NCBI GenBank assembly: GCA_035687245.1
Contig: DASRYH010000050.1
Coordinates: 13,820-77,819, forward strand
Reading direction: 5' to 3'
From: Coriobacteriia bacterium
Lineage (GTDB): Bacteria; Actinomycetota; Coriobacteriia; Anaerosomatales; PHET01
DNA length: 64,000 nt
Below the pieces are notes generated by a model, which ran no database searches, was not told the DNA's origin, and saw only the letters and a program-made list of their open reading frames with translations. Shown here piece after piece: positions 58,567 to 64,000 of this stretch. The position numbers were made by a program, and so were the translations under genes. Numbering within the stretch: the first letter of the stretch is position 1; the number at the start of each line of letters is the position of its first letter.

Positions 58567-59199
58567 CTAGCCGAGAATCTCGCCGATCTCGCCTGCCGTG
58601 CGTCGCATGTCGAAGATCGTCAAACCAAGCTTGGCGCGACGGTCTGCCAGGCACGTCAGAACCGCCCTGTCTCCCGCCGCCATCAGCAGCACGTAGCCGT
58701 CCTCGCCTTCGATGAACACCTGCGAGAGCTTCCCCCGTCCGAGTTCGGCCGCTGCGCGCTCGCCAAGTCCCAGAATCGCTGCAGACATCGCGCCGACCCG
58801 GTCCTCCTGGATCCCATCGGGCAACGCGGATGCCATCGGAAAGCCGTCGAGCGACACGAGCGCAGCCGCTTCAACGTCGTGGTTCTCTTGCATGAGTGCG
58901 TTGAGCGCGTCTGCTAGCCGACGTTCGCGATCGGTACGCGCCGGCTGCGGGATCGGTGCCACAGGTGCCGCGGACACAACGGGTGCAACGGCGGGTGCCA
59001 CAGGTTCAGCGACCGGTGCTACGAGAGCGACCGGCATTGACGCGACATCGACTTGGCCGGCGTCGGCTTCCAGGTCGCTGTCCGCCAACGCGAGCGGCAC
59101 AGCCACCGGGGGTGTAACAGGCGGCACGATCGGAACCGGCACGCTCTGCTCTTCGGCATCGTCATCCATGAACAGTTCGCCGAATACGTCATCGACCAT
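58567..59199 (-). CDS. Roadblock/LC7 (MglB/CvnB-like) domain protein with acidic + P/V/A-rich N-terminal extension
   Basis: From ATG 59199 (RBS GGGAGGTG). The C-terminal 110 aa (LNALMQENHDVEAAALVSLDGFPMASAL...SQVFIEGEDGYVLLMAAGDRAVLTCLA) fit the Roadblock/LC7 fold pattern. The N-terminal 100 aa are low complexity. Confidence 0.75.
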   Translation of the reverse strand: MVDDVFGELFMDDDAEEQSVPVPIVPPVTPPVAVPLALADSDLEADAGQVDVASMPVALVAPVAEPVAPAVAPVVSAAPVAPIPQPARTDRERRLADALNALMQENHDVEAAALVSLDGFPMASALPDGIQEDRVGAMSAAILGLGERAAAELGRGKLSQVFIEGEDGYVLLMAAGDRAVLTCLADRRAKLGLTIFDMRRTAGEIGEILG

Positions 59200-59352
59200 G
59201 CGACGAACACCTCCCAGGGGTCTTAGGCGGGACGACACGCGGGTTGCGCGGACAGCAGGAAATGCAATCGGCGTGAGTGCCAATCGTCGCACGAAGGATG
59301 GGGGCAAACAACAGCGAACTGCGCCCATATGCTGCAATTTCTCTCGGACGCA

Positions 59353-61023
59353 TCACACCACCACCCTCAGGATCTCTTCGAGCGACGTCTGGCCCAGACG
59401 AACCTTCGCGAAGCCGTCGTCACGCAGCGTGAGCATGCCCTCTTCGACGGCCTGTTTCTTGATGCGGTCGGCCGAAGTGTTCTCGACCGTAAGGTGTTCG
59501 AGCGTCTCCGACATACGCATCACTTCATGAATGCCCATTCGGCCCTTGTAGCCGATGCCGTTGCACTTGCGGCAGCCGCGCGACTTGAAGAGTCTGGGCG
59601 GATCCCCCGGCTCGAACGGGAAACCGAGCCGTTCAAGCTGCGACTCTTCGGGCAGGTAGGCTTCCTTGCACTCGGGGCACAGACGCCGTGCAAGACGCTG
59701 CGCGACCACCAGCGTGACAGCCGACGCCGTCAGGAAGGGCTCGATGCCCATCTCGGTGAGTCGGGTGACTGCCGAAGGGGCGTCGTTTGTGTGCAGAGTG
59801 GAGAGCACGAGGTGTCCGGTCAGCGCCGCTTCAATCGCGATAGTGCCGGTCTCGCGGTCTCGGATCTCACCAATCATGACCTTGTCAGGGTCCTGACGAA
59901 GAATCGAGCGAAGGGCGGCTGCGAATGTGAGCCCGGCGCGCTCGTTGACGTGGACCTGGGACAGTCCGGCAAGCCGGTACTCGACAGGGTCTTCGACAGT
60001 GATGAGATTCGACTTCGGGTCGTTGGTCTCGTTGATCGCCGCGTACAGCGTGGTCGACTTACCCGAACCCGTCGGACCGGTGACTAGGATGGCGCCGTAC
60101 GGGAGCGACAGCGCCTCCAGCAGCAGCTGCATATTCTGCTCGAGGAAGCCGAGGTCCTTGAGTGACATCATGATCGAGTCACGGCGTAGAAGTCGCATAA
60201 CGGCGAGTTCGCCGTGCACGAGCGGAAGCGTCGCGACGCGGAAGTCCACGGCCTTGCTGTCGAGCACGACTCCGAATCGACCGTCCTGGGGCACTCGCCG
60301 CTCGGCGATGTCCATGCCCGAGGTGATCTTCAGGCGGCTAATCAGCTGCCGGTGAGTCTTCTTCGGTGCGGTGAACACCTCTCGGCACACGCCATCGATG
60401 CGGAACCGCACGCGCATCTCATGCTCCTGCGGCTCTATGTAGACGTCGCCAGCACCCTGACGGATGGCCTCGGTGACGATCTGGTTCATCAGTTTGGCTA
60501 CCGCAGACTCTTCTTGGGCGGCCTCATCGTCCTCGTCCTTGGCCGACGAGACGTTCTGATCGTCGAGCTCGCCAAGCATGTCCTCGACGTTGGTCTGGCT
60601 GGCCTTGTAGCGCTCGATGGCGCTGTCGATATCAGTGCCCACGCCCACGACGACGCGCACATCACGGCGCGTCACAATACGCAGGTCGTCGATGGCAAGG
60701 ATGTTGGCCGGATCGGCCATCGCAACCACGAGGGTGGCATCCTCGAGGGCGACCGGTAGCATCGAGTGCTTTCTCATGAGATCCATGCTCACGAGCACGA
60801 GAGCGTTGGGATCGATATCGGTCGCGGAGATGTCGACGAACTCCAGCCCCATCTGATCGGCGATCGCACGCGCGATCGACGTCTCAGACGCGTAGCCGCA
60901 CTCGTCGAGCACGAACGGCAATGGCCGGTCCTGCGCGCGCGAAGTCGCGTCGTCAAGCTGCTCCTGCGTGACGACTCCCGCACGCACGAGCAGCTGTCCG
61001 AGTCTCTGACTACGCGCTGCCAT
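59353..61023 (-). CDS. pilB: PilB/GspE-family secretion ATPase (paralogue 2)
   Basis: 556 aa. Same architecture as paralogue 1 (GPTGSGKST, VEDPVEY, MIGEIRD, LSTLHTNDA, CPEC...CRKCNGIGYKGR). Overlaps the aroE stop by 14 nt. Confidence 0.9.
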   Translation of the reverse strand: MAARSQRLGQLLVRAGVVTQEQLDDATSRAQDRPLPFVLDECGYASETSIARAIADQMGLEFVDISATDIDPNALVLVSMDLMRKHSMLPVALEDATLVVAMADPANILAIDDLRIVTRRDVRVVVGVGTDIDSAIERYKASQTNVEDMLGELDDQNVSSAKDEDDEAAQEESAVAKLMNQIVTEAIRQGAGDVYIEPQEHEMRVRFRIDGVCREVFTAPKKTHRQLISRLKITSGMDIAERRVPQDGRFGVVLDSKAVDFRVATLPLVHGELAVMRLLRRDSIMMSLKDLGFLEQNMQLLLEALSLPYGAILVTGPTGSGKSTTLYAAINETNDPKSNLITVEDPVEYRLAGLSQVHVNERAGLTFAAALRSILRQDPDKVMIGEIRDRETGTIAIEAALTGHLVLSTLHTNDAPSAVTRLTEMGIEPFLTASAVTLVVAQRLARRLCPECKEAYLPEESQLERLGFPFEPGDPPRLFKSRGCRKCNGIGYKGRMGIHEVMRMSETLEHLTVENTSADRIKKQAVEEGMLTLRDDGFAKVRLGQTSLEEILRVVV

Positions 61024-61921
61024 CGTTCACTTCCATGTCCCCCATCCGCGCGTCAAGCGCGGCCTCGGCTGCCTTCTTCATCACGTCGCGCGGCGCCTTG
61101 GCCGTCGACCCTTCGTTCCACATGTCAATCGCGATGGCCGCCTGAGCAACAAGCATCCCCAGCCCGTCGAGCGCAACCGCACCGGCGTTGCGGCCGTCCG
61201 ACACGAACGCGGTCGGACGATTCGTGCCATAGACCATGTCGAACCGGACCTGGCCGGGGCGCACCCACTCGGCGGGAACGGGGCTGGGATCTCCCGTCCG
61301 CATGCCGAGCGGCGTCGCATTCAGCACGAGGTCCGCGCCTACGACGACGTCGCGAGCCATGCTTGACTCCTCGACCTCGAACAGCACGGAACCGCCGTGC
61401 CGGCCGAGTCGCTCGACGAGTTCCGCGGCCTTCTCGACGTTCCGATTCACTACCGTGATCCGAGACGCCCGCCCGAGCATGAGCGCGACGACCGCCGCAC
61501 CAGCAGCTCCGCCGGCACCGAGGACCACGATGTCTTTATCGGCAGCGGTGAAGTCGGCCTCGACCTCAAGTGCCTCAATCAGGCCGCGTCCGTCGGTGTT
61601 GTAGCCCACAGAGCGCCCGTCTTCGGAGATCTGGACGGTGTTGACCGCCCCCGCCATCGCCGCGGCGGTGGAGACCTCATCGACAAGCTCCATGACCGAC
61701 TGCTTGTAGGGCATGGTGACGTTGAATCCAACGAACGGGAGCGAGCCGGTCGCGGCCACCACTCGGCGCAAGCCGGCCTCATCGGGAACCTCCAGCGGCA
61801 CGTATACCCAGTCGAGACCCAGGTGCGCGTATGCGGCGTTGTGAATCGCCGGTGACAGCGTGTGTGCCAGGGGTTTGCCTATCACACCTGCGAGCTTCGT
61901 CGTTCCACGAATAGACTGCAT
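61010..61921 (-). CDS. aroE: shikimate dehydrogenase
   Basis: From the internal ATG: MQSIRGTTKLAGVIGKPLAHTLSPAIHNAAY..., with NVTMPYK and LGAGGAAGA. The start coordinate was derived by in-frame arithmetic from the ORF track, so it may be off by a few nt relative to my reading of the printed sequence. The 131-aa Arg-rich upstream extension overlaps yqeG and is rejected. Confidence 0.88.
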   Translation of the reverse strand: MQSIRGTTKLAGVIGKPLAHTLSPAIHNAAYAHLGLDWVYVPLEVPDEAGLRRVVAATGSLPFVGFNVTMPYKQSVMELVDEVSTAAAMAGAVNTVQISEDGRSVGYNTDGRGLIEALEVEADFTAADKDIVVLGAGGAAGAAVVALMLGRASRITVVNRNVEKAAELVERLGRHGGSVLFEVEESSMARDVVVGADLVLNATPLGMRTGDPSPVPAEWVRPGQVRFDMVYGTNRPTAFVSDGRNAGAVALDGLGMLVAQAAIAIDMWNEGSTAKAPRDVMKKAAEAALDARMGDMEVNDGSA

Positions 61922-61971
61922 CTGACTCAAGCCCCTCAGTTGAGTGAAGTGCGACTTCACTACTTGAAAGC

Positions 61972-62466
61972 TTACGGGAGTGGCGTCCTCCCTGCGAGCA
62001 CCAGTGACTCCAGCCGCCTGAGCACGAGGGTGTGCGGCAGGTCGGACTCGGAAAGCGGTTGTACGAGCACGGTCGTCATTCCAACGAGCTTGCCACCCAT
62101 TACATCGGTAAAGAGCTGGTCGCCGATTATGGCTGTCTTCTTCGCGGTGGTGCCTAGCAGCTTCACTCCACGAAGAAAGCCGAACGGGAGCGGCTTGAGT
62201 GCGCGGGGCACCATCTCGACGCCGATGGCGTCTGCCACACGCTTCACGTGAGCATGCCAGTTGTTGGAGACCAGACACATCGAGAAGCCCGACGCGATCG
62301 CGTCGCGTGCCCACGCGTTGAGCTCTTCGACCATCTCGCCGGTGTCTCGGGGCAGAATCGTGTTGTCGATATCGACCAGAAGCGAGTCGACTCCACGAGC
62401 GCGCAGCTCGTCGAGATCGATATCGGTCACCTTTCGGTAGTAGAACGTTGGCGCGAGTAGCGACAT
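61972..62466 (-). CDS. yqeG: YqeG-family HAD-IIIA phosphatase
   Basis: 164 aa. LLVDIDNTI, CLVSNN and IGDQLFTDV are the HAD motifs I-III. yqeG-aroE adjacency is the same as in Bacillus. Confidence 0.8.
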   Translation of the reverse strand: MSLLAPTFYYRKVTDIDLDELRARGVDSLLVDIDNTILPRDTGEMVEELNAWARDAIASGFSMCLVSNNWHAHVKRVADAIGVEMVPRALKPLPFGFLRGVKLLGTTAKKTAIIGDQLFTDVMGGKLVGMTTVLVQPLSESDLPHTLVLRRLESLVLAGRTPLP

Positions 62467-63147
62467 CTAGTGGTCCTGTACGCCGTCTCCGTTGTGGTCG
62501 TGACTCGCGAGGCCGCCCGCGGACTTGATGGCTTCGAGCTCCTTGTTGATCGCTGCCACCTTCGCGTCGTCCTTCGCCAGCATGTAGATGCCCCTGAACA
62601 TCACGAGACCATCGTAGCGGTCATCCGCGGTCGACCACGAAACATCGCTTCGCATGCCCTTCCCGGCGAGTTCGATCATCTTCGGCAGGTTGCCCTTGGC
62701 ATCCTGCATCATCAGCAGCTGAGCGAGGTTGGCGTACATGAGGCCCGAGGTTGGGTTGCTCTTCAGCCCGTCCTCGGCGATCCCGATTCCCTGCTCCATG
62801 TTGCCGCCCTTGGCGACCATGTAAGAGGCCATGTAGTAGCCCTGCACGAACTGCGGGTCGAGCAGGGTCACCAGCCGAAGGTGCGGGAGCATGTAGGCCT
62901 GCTTCTCCAGCGGCACCCCGTCGTAGTAGGTGTGGAAGATCGGGTCGATGCGGTTCCAGATCACGGCTGCTGCGAACATCCGCAGCCCGCCGAGGAAGGC
63001 GAAGCCGCTCTTGCCCAGAACACGCCCGGTGCTCGAATGCCCCTCTGCCGGCGCAGAGTACGACGCGAGGGCCGTACCCGCGAAGAGCACGACTACTAGT
63101 ACCGCGACCAGTACGAGTACGCGGGTCTTGCCCGTGAATGCGCTCAC
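62467..63147 (-). CDS. membrane-anchored TPR-like repeat protein (hypothetical)
   Basis: GTG 63147 forms a GTGA overlap with the upstream permease stop. N-terminal TM (VLVLVAVLVVVLFAG), helical-repeat-like sequence and a C-terminal DHNGDGVQD loop. The Arg-rich 248-aa extension in the track ORF (to 63891) is rejected. Confidence 0.5.
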   Translation of the reverse strand: MSAFTGKTRVLVLVAVLVVVLFAGTALASYSAPAEGHSSTGRVLGKSGFAFLGGLRMFAAAVIWNRIDPIFHTYYDGVPLEKQAYMLPHLRLVTLLDPQFVQGYYMASYMVAKGGNMEQGIGIAEDGLKSNPTSGLMYANLAQLLMMQDAKGNLPKMIELAGKGMRSDVSWSTADDRYDGLVMFRGIYMLAKDDAKVAAINKELEAIKSAGGLASHDHNGDGVQDH

Positions 63148-63884
63148 AGGTCTCTGCCCGAGAACGCTGCTGAGGCTCCTACCAGCAGAAGACCAGCGAG
63201 CGCCACGAAGGTGAGCACCATCGAGCCGATGTAGACCGGGCTCACACCACCGCCGTGCGCGATCGGGTTGATGACGTTGAAAGCGTCCAGGCTCGGAAGC
63301 CACCACGGCGTTGCCGGCTGGCCCTCTCCACCGAATCCGAGCACGCCGGAGATCGAGTGGCCGATGAAGATGAACGCGAGCGCTGCGATGACCGCGGTCA
63401 CCGGGTTGAAGCGGCTGGAAGCGAGCACCGTGAGCGCCATGATGACGCCGGTCTCGAGCCAGATCGCGATCGCACCCTCGATGAGCACGAGCATGGGCTG
63501 GTGGTAGACGAGCATGCCGCAGGCGATCGCGATGACGACGAACGCGGCGATGACGATGCCTGTGACCAGGAACATCCCGAGCCAGCTGCCCACGATGTAG
63601 TGCCAACGCCGAACATCGCGCGCCAGCAGGCTGAACACCGTGCGACGCTCCACTTCGCCAGGAATTCGCGTGGCCGCAAGCGCGAGGCCCACGATGAGAG
63701 CTGCGGTGAACATTAGCGCCAAGGTGATTTCGCGATAGACCGCAGAGACGACTTCGCCGCCGTAGTTCGGAAGCATCGGAATGGCGAACGCAAGCAGTGC
63801 TGCGAACACGAGCACTACCCAGATGACTTTTCGGCGCACGGCGTCTGCGAGGACGGCGCGGGCGATAGCGAGAGTCTGGTTCAT
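63144..63884 (-). CDS. ABC-2-type transporter permease
   Basis: From ATG 63884: MNQTLAIARAVLADAVRRKVIWVVLVFAALLAF... Six predicted TM helices. ATGA overlap with the upstream ATPase stop. Confidence 0.7.
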   Translation of the reverse strand: MNQTLAIARAVLADAVRRKVIWVVLVFAALLAFAIPMLPNYGGEVVSAVYREITLALMFTAALIVGLALAATRIPGEVERRTVFSLLARDVRRWHYIVGSWLGMFLVTGIVIAAFVVIAIACGMLVYHQPMLVLIEGAIAIWLETGVIMALTVLASSRFNPVTAVIAALAFIFIGHSISGVLGFGGEGQPATPWWLPSLDAFNVINPIAHGGGVSPVYIGSMVLTFVALAGLLLVGASAAFSGRDL

Positions 63885-64000
63885 CGCGCACCCCCCTCCT
63901 CTACCGACTCGCCAAGCATGCGGGCGAAGTAGTCCTCGAGCGAGTCGCGTTTGGGCGAGACCGCCAGCAGCGTCCAACCGGCGTCGTCGAGTGCATCGAC
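63881..64000 (-). CDS. ABC transporter ATP-binding protein, C-terminal fragment (5' end beyond window)
   Basis: The minus-strand frame reads VDALDDAGWTLLAVSPKRDSLEDYFARMLGESVEEGGAR*. This is a typical ABC-2 exporter ATPase tail (SLEDxF). Confidence 0.55.
   Translation of the reverse strand, partial: VDALDDAGWTLLAVSPKRDSLEDYFARMLGESVEEGGAR

Noticed and set aside
62467-63891. 474-aa ORF with an extremely Arg/His-rich N-terminal half.
   Set aside because: The N-terminal 248 aa overlap the well-formed ABC-2 permease gene in another frame. Only the C-terminal 226 aa, from GTG 63147 (GTGA coupling), look like a real protein.

Overview
High-GC (roughly 65%) chromosomal segment from a monoderm-type bacterium. 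It is probably a deep-branching Actinomycetota; this is inferred from the recN-steA-mctB...pyrG and aroC-aroK-aroB-aroQ-pepP-efp...nusB synteny. The content is almost entirely core genome. About 90% of genes lie on the minus strand, tightly packed, and many use 4-nt GTGA/ATGA stop-start overlaps.

Gene content by coordinate:
- 1-11.1 kb: complete proximal dcw cluster, mraZ-rsmH-ftsL-ftsI-murE-murF-mraY-murD-ftsW-murG. Upstream of mraZ there is a recognisable promoter and a 10-bp-phased MraZ-box array.
- 11.4-13.0 kb: plus-strand islet with a self-contained 45-aa membrane-peptide gene, a DUF4349 protein and an 83-aa membrane protein.
- 13.0-17.9 kb: BMP-family (nucleoside-type) ABC importer.
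- 18.0-24.1 kb: xerD, ald, DUF3866, M20 peptidase, pyrG.
- 24.1-30 kb: envelope glycopolymer-like cluster with a GT4 phosphotransferase, a 777-aa protein (alkaline-phosphatase-like ectodomain plus polytopic domain), murJ and a GT2.
- 30-46.8 kb: mctB/steB-like, steA, recN, nadK, tlyA, dxs, xseB, nusB, asp23, accC, pycB-like, efp, Xaa-Pro peptidase, aroQ-aroB-aroK-aroC.
- 46.9-61.0 kb: type IV pilus locus lying between aroC and aroE. It has a PilP-like gene, pilO, pilN, pilM, pilD, pilA, pilC and two pilB paralogues.
- 61-64 kb: aroE, yqeG, a TPR-like membrane protein and an ABC-2 exporter (partial).

I found no rRNA, tRNA, CRISPR array, transposase, prophage or recognisable defence genes.

The best candidate for an undescribed system is a four-gene cassette wedged between the two PilB ATPases. 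It encodes a Roadblock/LC7 protein, a 910-aa DUF4388 protein with a giant acidic (Pro-Glu)n disordered region, a Ras-like/CvnD-type small GTPase and a small membrane protein. It looks like a conservon/MglAB-like nucleotide switch wired into a monoderm type IV pilus motor.

All domain calls come from reading the translated ORFs by eye. No database search was run.
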